The notes beneath the pieces are model-generated. The model did not search any database. It was not told the DNA's origin and saw only the letters and a program-made list of their open reading frames with translations. A DNA stretch of 64,000 bases from an uncultured Alphaproteobacteria bacterium (GTDB lineage Bacteria > Pseudomonadota > Alphaproteobacteria > HIMB59 > GCA-002718135): NCBI GenBank assembly GCA_902553945.1, contig CACDMT010000002.1, forward strand, positions 8,083 through 72,082. The letters are read 5' to 3'. The translations under genes were made by a program, and so were the position numbers. This document shows positions 11,097-19,922 of the stretch, piece after piece. Position 1 is the first letter of the stretch; each line of letters starts with the position of its first letter.

Positions 11097-12104
11097 TTAT
11101 TTATAATTTGTTTGATTAGAAATAGCATCAAGAACAGTTGCTCTATCCTCAGGACTTAGTTGAACAAGTCCAGCATCTAGTAAGTAACCTTCTGTTGCTT
11201 CTTCACTTACAAACTCATTAACATAATCCATTAAACCAGGAATAACACCAATGTGTGCTTTTTTAATGTAGAAGAATAAAGGTCTTGCTATTGGATATGA
11301 ATAATCTTGGATACCTTCCATAGAGATTTCAACACCGTTAATCATTGACGCTTTAACTTTATCAGAATTATTAGATACAAAACTATAACCAAAGATACCG
11401 AATGCACCTTGTTCTTTAGTTATATGCTCAACATACAGTTCATCATTTTCACCACCTTCAATAACATGGCCATCTTCACGATACGCTTGACAATCACCGT
11501 CAGCAACTAACATATCTTTAACACAACCCTTTTTCATTACAAGTGAGTCAAATGCATCTCTTGTTCCAGAAGTTGGAGGAGGTGCCATGATAGAAATTTC
11601 AACTTTTGGTAATCTTTTATCTATTTCATACCAAGTTGTTGGAGCATTTACATTATCTCTAGCCATTGCCTGCCAGATTTCTTCTTTAGTTAAATCAATG
11701 CCACCTTTCATTGTAGCACCGTTAGTATATTTCCATTCATAATCTGCAGCGTATGCAAAAGCTATACCATCATTACCAACTCTAACTTCGATGATATCAG
11801 TTACACCGCCATCTTGGCAAAGTTTGAATTCTTTATCTTTTTGTGCTCTTGAAGAGTTAGTGATATCTGGATGTTCAACTCCAACACCTGCACAAAATAA
11901 TTTGTGTCCTCCACCAGAACCAGTTGATTCAATTACGGGTGCTTTCATTCCTTCTGATGCCATTTTTTCAGCAACTAAAGTAGCGAAAGGATAAACTGTA
12001 GAAGATCCTACAATTGAAATATAGTCTCTTGCTGAAACTGAAGTAGTTCCAAATAAAGCAAGGACAGCAATTAATTTGATTACATTTTTCATATTAAGCC
12101 TCAT
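11097..12104 (-). CDS. pstS: phosphate ABC transporter substrate-binding protein PstS
   Basis: 335 aa with a signal peptide. Phosphate-binding-protein motifs are IVGSSTVYPF and TGSGGG. The likely true start is the second Met at 12092, where a GAGG lies 7 nt upstream. Confidence 0.85.
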   Translation of the reverse strand: MRLNMKNVIKLIAVLALFGTTSVSARDYISIVGSSTVYPFATLVAEKMASEGMKAPVIESTGSGGGHKLFCAGVGVEHPDITNSSRAQKDKEFKLCQDGGVTDIIEVRVGNDGIAFAYAADYEWKYTNGATMKGGIDLTKEEIWQAMARDNVNAPTTWYEIDKRLPKVEISIMAPPPTSGTRDAFDSLVMKKGCVKDMLVADGDCQAYREDGHVIEGGENDELYVEHITKEQGAFGIFGYSFVSNNSDKVKASMINGVEISMEGIQDYSYPIARPLFFYIKKAHIGVIPGLMDYVNEFVSEEATEGYLLDAGLVQLSPEDRATVLDAISNQTNYK

Positions 12105-12135
12105 TTAAAATAAGGTTGTCCTTACAGAATATATA

Positions 12136-13188
12136 TTAAGTATTTATTACAGTTTGCTGAAATACTGGTAAAGAAATAGTAAATGTTGAACCCTTATCTA
12201 CCTTGCTTTTTATCGATAATTTACCATTATGCCTATTAGTTATATGTTTAACAATAGATAAACCCAAACCCGTACCACCTTGATTTCGAGATCTATTTTT
12301 ATCTACTCTATAAAATCTTTCAGTAAGTCTAGTTAAATGCTCTTTCGATATGCCTTCTCCCTTATCTATAAAACTTATTTGGCAAAAGGTGGTATTGTCA
12401 TCAATTACACTCTCAAGCTCAATTTCAATAGTAGAATTTTCTCTGCTATATTTAATTGCATTATCAGTTAGATTTAAAAAAACTTGGATCAAAGCATCTT
12501 TGTTTGCTGATATTGTAGACTTATCAAAATCATCCTTGATTTGAACTTCAATTTTTTTGGCCATTAACTTGTTTTGTAAATTATCTACTACGCCTTCAAT
12601 TAATTGCCTTATATTCGCTTCTTGAAATTCTATAGGTTTATCTTCAGTCTCATATTTACTTAGTAATAATAAATCTTCGACTAGTCTAGTCATACGCCAA
12701 GCCTGATCTTCCATTGTGTCTAAAAATTTACCAACCGTTTTGTCATTGGTCTTATCTTCATTGAGTGAATTTTTAATTGTTTCAACATAGCCTAGAATTG
12801 AGGAAAGAGGAGTTCTCAATTCATGGCTTACATTAGCCACAAAATCTGTTCGCATTTGTTCGTAGTTTTTAAGAAGACTTTGATCATTTAGTGATATTAA
12901 TAATTCTTCATAATCTTTTTCAACAAATATTAAGTCAGCAATAAAATACATATCACTAAAATTAGATGGGGTGAATTCAAACTTAAAATCTTTTTTCTCC
13001 CTAAAGGCTTTATCAATAAAAGTATTTAACTCTGTTGATCTAATAATATTATTGAGATCTCTTCCTTCATCGATAAATAAAAATTTTTGTTTAGCTGCAT
13101 TATTGTAAAAAATTATTTCCTTATTTGTATCAATTGCAATAATAATCGAAGGTATCTTACTTAGACTTAGTCTTAGTTTTTTTTTCAT
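12136..13188 (-). CDS. phoR: phosphate regulon sensor histidine kinase PhoR (short form, no N-terminal TM segments visible)
   Basis: 350 aa. A PAS-like N-terminus (IIAIDTNKEIIFYNNAAKQKF) is followed by H-box SHELRTPLSSILGY, N-box LTDNAIKYS and G-box GGTGLGLSIV. It sits directly upstream of pstS. Confidence 0.8.
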   Translation of the reverse strand: MKKKLRLSLSKIPSIIIAIDTNKEIIFYNNAAKQKFLFIDEGRDLNNIIRSTELNTFIDKAFREKKDFKFEFTPSNFSDMYFIADLIFVEKDYEELLISLNDQSLLKNYEQMRTDFVANVSHELRTPLSSILGYVETIKNSLNEDKTNDKTVGKFLDTMEDQAWRMTRLVEDLLLLSKYETEDKPIEFQEANIRQLIEGVVDNLQNKLMAKKIEVQIKDDFDKSTISANKDALIQVFLNLTDNAIKYSRENSTIEIELESVIDDNTTFCQISFIDKGEGISKEHLTRLTERFYRVDKNRSRNQGGTGLGLSIVKHITNRHNGKLSIKSKVDKGSTFTISLPVFQQTVINT

Positions 13189-13657
13189 ATTTTTTTAGTT
13201 TAGGCCAATCATTATCACTTAAAATATAACCAACACAATTTCTAGAACCACACTTACAAATGTGATCCACAAAATCTGTATCAAAAGGATAACCATAGTT
13301 ATAAAAAAGTTCGGCACCTTTTTTTATTCGTTTAATGGAAGAAATCCAAATTTCATTATCTATGATGTCTACTTCACAATTAGGATTACATGAGTGATTA
13401 ATAAATTTTGCAAAATTATAATCAACATCACCGTCAATGTCGTATCGCTTGTTTAGTTCAAAAACATAGACCATGCCATTATTTTTATCTTTTTTTGCTT
13501 TACGGATTTGTTTATCTGCTCTTTTGTCACCCTCTCTTTTAGTAACTTTATCACCAATATATTGAATTACTTTCTGACCTTTTTTAATATTAGTTTTTGC
13601 AAATAATCCGGAGCCGTGAAGGGGTGATTTTTTTTTAAACCAAATTTTCTGCGTCAT
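13157..13657 (-). CDS. SET-domain protein (putative protein-lysine methyltransferase)
   Basis: SET motifs are GSGLFAKTNIKKGQKV, FINHSCNPNC and ELFYNYGY, plus a post-SET Cys cluster HICKCGSRNC. I place the start at MTQKIW (13657), not the 25-codon upstream extension in the ORF track. The 3' end overlaps phoR by 32 nt. Confidence 0.75.
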   Translation of the reverse strand: MTQKIWFKKKSPLHGSGLFAKTNIKKGQKVIQYIGDKVTKREGDKRADKQIRKAKKDKNNGMVYVFELNKRYDIDGDVDYNFAKFINHSCNPNCEVDIIDNEIWISSIKRIKKGAELFYNYGYPFDTDFVDHICKCGSRNCVGYILSDNDWPKLKKYEKKTKTKSK

Positions 13658-13658
13658 A

Positions 13659-13689
13659 CTGTTATTTTTATACAATACACACATATAAT
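13659..13689 (+). promoter_or_regulatory. candidate Pho-box-like element plus -10 for plcP
   Basis: CTGTTAT-TTTT-ATACAAT (13659..13676, 7-4-7 architecture). The first half matches the E. coli CTGTCAT in 6 of 7 positions. A perfect TATAAT (13684..13689) follows after 7 nt. The ATG is at 13744. Confidence 0.3.
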
Positions 13690-13707
13690 AATAAATTGTA
13701 TTATAAA

Positions 13708-13725
13708 ATGATACTTTTATGTATA
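13708..13725 (-). promoter_or_regulatory. candidate Pho-box-like element for the SET-phoR-pst operon
   Basis: The minus strand reads TATACAT-AAAA-GTATCAT, two 7-mers in 11-bp phase. It ends 50 nt upstream of the SET start. Confidence 0.2.
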
Positions 13726-13743
13726 AGGGCAATTATTTAATTA

Positions 13744-14556
13744 ATGAAATTTGAAAATAATAAAAAATTTTACCGCACAATTTGGATTTCAGATACCCAT
13801 CTAGGAACCAGTGGTTGTAAAAGCAACATGCTTTTAGAATTCTTAGAAGAAACAGATTCAGAATATTTATTTTTAGTAGGCGACATTGTTGATGGATGGC
13901 GCATGCGTAAGAAAATGTATTGGCCTCAAGAACATAATGATGTGGTTCAAAAAGTTTTAAAGAAAGCGAAAAATGGAACTAAGGTTGTACTTATTCCAGG
14001 AAATCATGATGAGGTATTAAAAGATTTTACGAATTTTTCTTTTGGAGAAATTTCAATCAAAAATGAAGATACACATCAATTAGCTGATGGAAGGAAAGTA
14101 CTGATTACACACGGAGATGAATTTGATGCCGTTATCATTAATGCGAGGTGGTTAGCCAAAGTGGGATCAGCGCTTTATGAATATTTACTAAAGTTAAATA
14201 ATGTATTTAATTTTATTCGAAGAAAGATGGGTTTGTCTTACTGGTCACTGTCTCAATATTTAAAAAAGAAAACAAAACATGCAACGAACTTTATTAGTAA
14301 TTTTGAGTTTGCTGTATCTGACAGGGCAAGAAGAGAAAATGCTGATGTTGTTGTATGTGGTCATATACATAGACCTGAAATAAAAGAATTAAATGGTGTT
14401 CTCTATTGTAATGACGGCGATTGGATTGAAAGTTGTACAGCACTCGTTGAAGATGAAATTGGAAATTTATCTATTCTTAATTGGCCCGAAGAAAGAGAAA
14501 AATTAAAATTAATTTCTTTTGAAGAAAGACGAAAAATAAAAGAGGATGCAGCCTAA
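13744..14556 (+). CDS. plcP: LpxH-like metallophosphoesterase, PlcP-type phospholipase C (phosphate-stress lipid remodelling)
   Basis: 270 aa with calcineurin-like motifs ISDTHLG, GDIVDGW, GNHDE, THGDEFD and GHIHRP. It forms an 11-nt overlapping pair with a GT4 glycosyltransferase. This matches the plcP-agt arrangement described for S. meliloti and SAR11. Confidence 0.75.
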   Translation: MKFENNKKFYRTIWISDTHLGTSGCKSNMLLEFLEETDSEYLFLVGDIVDGWRMRKKMYWPQEHNDVVQKVLKKAKNGTKVVLIPGNHDEVLKDFTNFSFGEISIKNEDTHQLADGRKVLITHGDEFDAVIINARWLAKVGSALYEYLLKLNNVFNFIRRKMGLSYWSLSQYLKKKTKHATNFISNFEFAVSDRARRENADVVVCGHIHRPEIKELNGVLYCNDGDWIESCTALVEDEIGNLSILNWPEEREKLKLISFEERRKIKEDAA

Positions 14557-15547
14557 AAAAATCGCGCTAATAAGTGATGCGTGGGTTCCTCAGGTAAATG
14601 GCGTAGTTACGACATTTCAAAGCGTTATACCTATTTTAGAAAAAAAAGGTTTTGAAATTAAAATATTACATCCTGCGATGTTTAATAATTTTAGTTATCC
14701 TTGGTACAAAGAAATAAAAATTTCTTACAATACTAAAAAAGTTACTGAAAAATTTTTTAAAGAATTTAATCCAGATATTGTTCATATAATGACTGAAGGT
14801 CCAGTAGGTTTTGCTGGTCGTAAGTACTGTCTTAAAAATAAACTACAATACACTTCTTCCTTTCACACCCGTTTTCCTGACTACATTAAGCAAAGAGCTT
14901 TTATCCCAAAGAGATTTACATACTCCATATTAAGAAGACTACATAGTGATTCAGAAAGAGTTCTTGTTCCATCAGTTTCAATGCTAAATGAGTTAAAAAA
15001 ATATAATTTTAAAAATTTAGTAGTTTGGAATAGAGGTGTTGATACAGAATTATTTAATCCAAATAAAAGAGATACAAACAGTAAAGATAGACAACTGACT
15101 TATGTTGGTAGAGTAGCAATTGAAAAAAATATTGAAGAATTTTTAAAACTTAAAGGAAATTATAATAAAACTGTTGTGGGTGATGGTCCCGAATTACAAA
15201 AATATATTAATAAATATCCTGAAATAAATTTTGTCGGTGTAAAAACTGGAGATGAACTAGCGAAATATTATGCAAACGCAGATGTGTTTGTCTTTCCTTC
15301 TAAAACAGACACTTTAGGAAATGTAATACTTGAAGCATTGGCTAGTGGAACACCAATTGCTGCATATCCAGTAACCGGGCCCATAGATGTGTTAACAGAT
15401 GAAAAGATTAACACTTTAGATAATGACTTGTTACAATCAGTTAAGAAGGCGCTTAAAGTAAAAAGGGTTGATTGTAGAAATTTTACTGTTAATTTAACTT
15501 GGGACAAATGTGTGAATGAATTTTTAGAATTCATGGTAAAAGTTTAG
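14546..15547 (+). CDS. agt: GT4-family glycosyltransferase (glycosyl/glucuronosyl-diacylglycerol synthase candidate)
   Basis: 333 aa with a GT-B fold pattern. The C-terminal motif is DVFVFPSKTDTLGNVILEALASGTPIAA (E-x7-E type). It is translationally coupled to plcP. Confidence 0.7.
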   Translation: MQPKKIALISDAWVPQVNGVVTTFQSVIPILEKKGFEIKILHPAMFNNFSYPWYKEIKISYNTKKVTEKFFKEFNPDIVHIMTEGPVGFAGRKYCLKNKLQYTSSFHTRFPDYIKQRAFIPKRFTYSILRRLHSDSERVLVPSVSMLNELKKYNFKNLVVWNRGVDTELFNPNKRDTNSKDRQLTYVGRVAIEKNIEEFLKLKGNYNKTVVGDGPELQKYINKYPEINFVGVKTGDELAKYYANADVFVFPSKTDTLGNVILEALASGTPIAAYPVTGPIDVLTDEKINTLDNDLLQSVKKALKVKRVDCRNFTVNLTWDKCVNEFLEFMVKV

Positions 15548-15567
15548 TTATTTAGGGTAATTTTATA

Positions 15568-16224
15568 GTGACATTTTCTTTAAGACAAAAAATACTAGCA
15601 GAATTTATTGGGACATATTTTCTTGTACTAACAGTTGTAGGTAGTGGAATTATGGGAGAGTTAATGTCAAATGACCTTGGTATAATATTACTAGGAAACA
15701 CTATCGCAACAGGTGCCATTTTATATGTAATTATTTCTATGTTTTTTAATATATCAGGAGCTTACTTTAACCCTTCTGTTGTATTAAGTGATATTATCCA
15801 AAAGAATATTCCTATTAATTACGGAATAATTTTAATCATTACTCAGATTATTGCTGCTATATTTGGTTGTTTAACTGCAAATTGGTATTTTGAATATCCC
15901 ATAATTGAATGGTCACTCAATGAAAGAGTTGGCGTATTTAAATTCTTTTCAGAAATAATTGCAACTGTTGGATTATTATTAACTATTTTTATATTAAAAG
16001 AAGTAAACAAGGAAAGAATAGCTATTGGTGTCGCTTTATTTATTACCGCAGGATATTGGTTTACTTCATCAACAAGTTTTGCAAATCCAGCAGTTACTAT
16101 AGGAAGAATGTTTACAGATAGTTTTAGTGGAATAAGTCCATCAAGTGTTTTAGGTTTTATTTTAGCTCAGATTATTGGTGCTCTTATTGCTACAATTATT
16201 GTTAGATTGTTTTTTAAAAATTAG
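15568..16224 (+). CDS. MIP-family channel (aquaporin/aquaglyceroporin-like)
   Basis: 218 aa with a GTG start and six TM segments. The first NPA box is NPS (YFNPSVV) and the second is canonical NPAVTIGR. Confidence 0.8.
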   Translation: MTFSLRQKILAEFIGTYFLVLTVVGSGIMGELMSNDLGIILLGNTIATGAILYVIISMFFNISGAYFNPSVVLSDIIQKNIPINYGIILIITQIIAAIFGCLTANWYFEYPIIEWSLNERVGVFKFFSEIIATVGLLLTIFILKEVNKERIAIGVALFITAGYWFTSSTSFANPAVTIGRMFTDSFSGISPSSVLGFILAQIIGALIATIIVRLFFKN

Positions 16225-17126
16225 TTCAACATATCGTACAAGTAGCCTTCACGGATTCCATATCTTACAAAAATAATATTTTTAATGTTATAAAATGAAG
16301 CAAGGCTAAATAAAATATATGTAGATAATTTTAATTTATCTAATCGATTTGGTTGGACAACATTCAATTTTTGAATTTGTTTTTTTTCCATAGAGTATAA
16401 TTTGTGATAAAATATTTCTAACTCTGAAAATGATATCATGTACCCATGTAATTTATTTTTCTTGATTCCATTTAGGTGCAAATGAAGTTTTGCAAGATTG
16501 CGCCACATGCCTCCAATAACATAAATATTTCCTACGTTTTTAGAAAATTTAAGAGATTGGTTTTTAAATTTAGAAAATAAAAAATTATCAAATTTTAATT
16601 TAGTAGTTTTGTACATATCAGTTTCACTTCTTAAGATGCCAATTTTTAAACTTTTAGTTTCAAGTATGTTTTCATTTTTTATAGTACTAAGTTCTAAACT
16701 TCCACCTCCCAAGTCAGCAACTAAACCGATTGGATTTTTTATTGAACTAATTACACCTAGGGATCCGCATTTAGCCTCATTTTTTGGTGAGAGCACTTTT
16801 ACTCTAACTGACTTTCTTTTCTTGAAGGGTTCAATAATTTCTTTTCCATTTATTGTTTCACGAATTGCGGCCGTTGCAATTATATGAATATCTAAGGACT
16901 CATAATCTTTTGCAATCTTAATATATTCTTCTAAGCATTTTATAGCTTCTTTTATTTTTATCGATGGGAGTTTACCTATTTTAATACTTTCACCTAATTT
17001 TAAGAATTCTCTTTTTTGATAAAGTATTGGAAAAGGATGAATAGCTTGCGCATATATAACTAGTCTAAATGTATTAGAGCCTAGATCAATCACTGTTATG
17101 GGATTTTTATTTTTCTTTTTAGCCAT
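16221..17126 (-). CDS. ppx: Ppx/GppA-family exopolyphosphatase (short form, N-terminal ASKHA domains only)
   Basis: 301 aa. VIDLGSNTFRLVIY and DLGGGSLEL are the Ppx/GppA phosphate-binding motifs. It is divergent from sixA-ppk. Confidence 0.8.
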   Translation of the reverse strand: MAKKKNKNPITVIDLGSNTFRLVIYAQAIHPFPILYQKREFLKLGESIKIGKLPSIKIKEAIKCLEEYIKIAKDYESLDIHIIATAAIRETINGKEIIEPFKKRKSVRVKVLSPKNEAKCGSLGVISSIKNPIGLVADLGGGSLELSTIKNENILETKSLKIGILRSETDMYKTTKLKFDNFLFSKFKNQSLKFSKNVGNIYVIGGMWRNLAKLHLHLNGIKKNKLHGYMISFSELEIFYHKLYSMEKKQIQKLNVVQPNRLDKLKLSTYILFSLASFYNIKNIIFVRYGIREGYLYDMLN

Positions 17127-17158
17127 GTAAATGTATACATCTAAAGTATTAAACTCGA

Positions 17159-17617
17159 ATGCTACAAGTCTATTTATTACGTCACGCCAAATCTAGTTGG
17201 GATAATTTAGAACTTGATGACATTGATAGGCCGCTAAATAAAAGAGGTATGAGAAACGCAAAACAATTTTCTAAAATATTAGATAAAAGAAAATTTCATA
17301 TTGGTCAGATAATATGTTCTCCTTCTAAAAGAACAACTAGCACATATAATATAATTTCTAATTCATTTGATCGCTCAGTAAAATTTACAATTGATAACGA
17401 TATTTACGAATGCCCACCAAATATACTTGTAAGCAAAATTAAAAAATTAAAAAAAAATACTCTTATCATTGGACACAACCCTAGTTTGATAGAGTCAATT
17501 AATATTTTATGTAATTCAAATATTGAACATTTTCCAACCTGTGCTTTTGCTATAATATCCTTTAAAAATAGCTGGACTATTGATAAAATTTTAAAACCAA
17601 AAAATAAAAATTATTAA
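17159..17617 (+). CDS. sixA: SixA-like phosphohistidine phosphatase (histidine phosphatase superfamily)
   Basis: 152 aa with the LLRHAKS (RHG-type) catalytic motif and a second His in IIGHNPSL. Confidence 0.7.
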   Translation: MLQVYLLRHAKSSWDNLELDDIDRPLNKRGMRNAKQFSKILDKRKFHIGQIICSPSKRTTSTYNIISNSFDRSVKFTIDNDIYECPPNILVSKIKKLKKNTLIIGHNPSLIESINILCNSNIEHFPTCAFAIISFKNSWTIDKILKPKNKNY

Positions 17618-17677
17618 AGAAATATGAATTTTTTATGAACATGTTTTTTTTATACCTAAAAAATATAAAAAAAAATT

Positions 17678-19777
17678 ATGTTAAAAAAAAATACCGCTTA
17701 TAACTATGCAAACAGGGAATTGTCTTGGCTAAAATTCAATGAAAGAGTCTTAAGTCAGACATCTGATAGTAAAATTCCACTTTTAGAAAGGGTTAGATTT
17801 TTATCAATAGCATTCTCTAATTTAGATGAATTTTTTATGGTTAGAGTAGCAGGATTGAATGTTCAAAAATTTTCACGAAATAAAAGTTTTGATGGATTAA
17901 CACCACAACAACAACTCAAGCTGATAGATAAAGAAACATCGAAGATGATTTCAAATATAAAATCAATATGGATAGATTTACTAAGAGAGCTTTCAGAAAA
18001 CAAAATCCATATAGATGTAGAAAAAACACTGAAAACAAAAGATAAAACATTTATTAAAAATTATTTAGAAGAAAATAATTGGGGGGTTTTAACGCCAATT
18101 ATTATTGATCCATCTCACCCATTTCCTTTTATACCAAATAAAGAAACAACCTTAGTATGTCGTTTAATGAATAATAAAAAAACTTTTTATGGAATACTAA
18201 GAGTGCCAGAGGGATTAGAAAAATTTATTAAATTACCTGATAAAAAAACACGTTTTGTATCTATGGAGACAGCCCTACTTATTTCTTTAAAAGAAATTTT
18301 CCAGTGTGATAGGGTTTTGGATAAAGGTGTTTTTAGACCAATTAGGAATAGTGAATTAGAATTAGGGGGTGAAGGAGAAGATTTATTTTTAGTATTTCAA
18401 AAAGCTATTTTTGAGAGAAGAAGACAAGAGGTAATAAGAATTGATTTTGATGAAAGTATATCTAGTCACTTAATTAAATTCATAAATAAAAAACTTAACT
18501 ATAAGGATGTAAATACATATAAACTGCCAATACCCGTTAATCTTTCGAGTATAGAGTCAATTTTTTTGAAAGATTTTAAAAAATTATTTTTTCCAAAATT
18601 TAAGGTACGATTTCCTGAAAGAATTAAAGATTTTAAAAATGATTATTTTAAAGCTATAGCAAATAAAGATATTGTTATTCATCACCCTTTTGAATCTTTT
18701 GAAGTAGTGACGCAGTTTATTGATCAAGCTGCAGATGATCCAAAAGTCTTATCAATAAAACATACTTTATATCGAACTACTGATGACTCACCAATAGAAG
18801 CAAGTTTAGTTAGAGCAGCACAAAAAGGAAAATTAGTAACTGTCATTATAGAGTTGCAAGCACGTTTTGATGAAGAGCGTAACTTAAAATGGGCAAAAGA
18901 ATTAGAATTAGCTGGAGCGCAAGTTGTTTTTGGCAATATTGATATGAAAACTCATGCAAAAATTACACTTGTAACAAGGAAGCAAATGAATTCTGTTGTA
19001 AATTACGCACATTATGGAACAGGTAATTATCACCCGAGAAATGCAAGAGTTTATATGGATTTATCTTACTTCACCTGTGACAAAACATTAACAAATGATG
19101 CTGCAAAAATGTTTAATTATTTAACTAGTTATTCTGAACCAACAACAATAAAAAAAATAGTATATTCTCCAATAACTGCAAGAAACAAATTAAATGAACT
19201 AATTAGAAATGAAATTACAAATGCTGGAAAAAATAAACCATCTGGAATAGTATGTAAGTGTAATGCTCTTGTTGATAAACAAATTATTGATGAATTTTAT
19301 AAAGCATCTCAAAAAAATGTAAAAATTGAATTGTTGATAAGAGGAATTTGCTCTCTAATACCTGGTAAAGAAAATCTATCAGAAAATATAGTTGTTAAAA
19401 GCATAATTGGTCGTTTTTTAGAACATACGAGAATATATTGTTTTTATAATGGTCATAAATTCCCTCATAGAAAAAATATCTTGTTTATTTCTTCTGCCGA
19501 TTTAATGCAAAGAAATCTAGATAGGCGGGTTGAAACATTTATTCCTATTGAAAATGAAACTGTACATGAACAAATATTAAATCAGATCTTAATTGCCAGT
19601 ATGACAGATAATACAAATTCTTGGCAAATGTTAAGTAATGGCAATTATCAGAAAAAAGAAATATCAAGCAAAGAGAAAAAATTTTCCTCTCACAATTTTT
19701 TTATCAAAAATCCAAGCTTGTCTGGGAGGGGTTCAGCAAAACTCAAATCTAGAGCTAAGTCTAATTTAAAAATTTGA
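17678..19777 (+). CDS. ppk: polyphosphate kinase 1
   Basis: 699 aa. It has a PPK1 N-terminus (YANRELSWLKFNERVL), two PLD-like HKD-type segments (KTHAKITLV; RFLEHTRIY), and the conserved FFMVRVAGL. Confidence 0.95.
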   Translation: MLKKNTAYNYANRELSWLKFNERVLSQTSDSKIPLLERVRFLSIAFSNLDEFFMVRVAGLNVQKFSRNKSFDGLTPQQQLKLIDKETSKMISNIKSIWIDLLRELSENKIHIDVEKTLKTKDKTFIKNYLEENNWGVLTPIIIDPSHPFPFIPNKETTLVCRLMNNKKTFYGILRVPEGLEKFIKLPDKKTRFVSMETALLISLKEIFQCDRVLDKGVFRPIRNSELELGGEGEDLFLVFQKAIFERRRQEVIRIDFDESISSHLIKFINKKLNYKDVNTYKLPIPVNLSSIESIFLKDFKKLFFPKFKVRFPERIKDFKNDYFKAIANKDIVIHHPFESFEVVTQFIDQAADDPKVLSIKHTLYRTTDDSPIEASLVRAAQKGKLVTVIIELQARFDEERNLKWAKELELAGAQVVFGNIDMKTHAKITLVTRKQMNSVVNYAHYGTGNYHPRNARVYMDLSYFTCDKTLTNDAAKMFNYLTSYSEPTTIKKIVYSPITARNKLNELIRNEITNAGKNKPSGIVCKCNALVDKQIIDEFYKASQKNVKIELLIRGICSLIPGKENLSENIVVKSIIGRFLEHTRIYCFYNGHKFPHRKNILFISSADLMQRNLDRRVETFIPIENETVHEQILNQILIASMTDNTNSWQMLSNGNYQKKEISSKEKKFSSHNFFIKNPSLSGRGSAKLKSRAKSNLKI

Positions 19778-19792
19778 AAATAGAATTTAATC

Positions 19793-19840
19793 CCACTCAC
19801 AACAATTGGACATAGCAGGAAGAAATAATATTGTGAGTGG
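19793..19840. repeat. 10-bp perfect inverted repeat between convergent ppk and arsC
   Basis: CCACTCACAA (19793..19802) and TTGTGAGTGG (19831..19840) are separated by 28 nt. No U-run follows immediately on either strand. Confidence 0.5.
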
Positions 19841-19922
19841 TAAAGAGTAATTAAATTTTATTTTTTACAGACGTGTTAATAGAATATTAAGTTTTTATAA
19901 ATTTAATTAATTTTTAACTTCA

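Noticed and set aside
16221-17126. Ppx considered as a truncated pseudogene (301 aa versus about 500 aa in E. coli).
   Set aside because: The ORF is intact, with both ASKHA phosphate-binding motifs. Short Ppx/GppA proteins lacking the C-terminal HD-like domains are known (Aquifex-type). There is no frameshifted remnant downstream, because the gene ends by overlapping the MIP gene.
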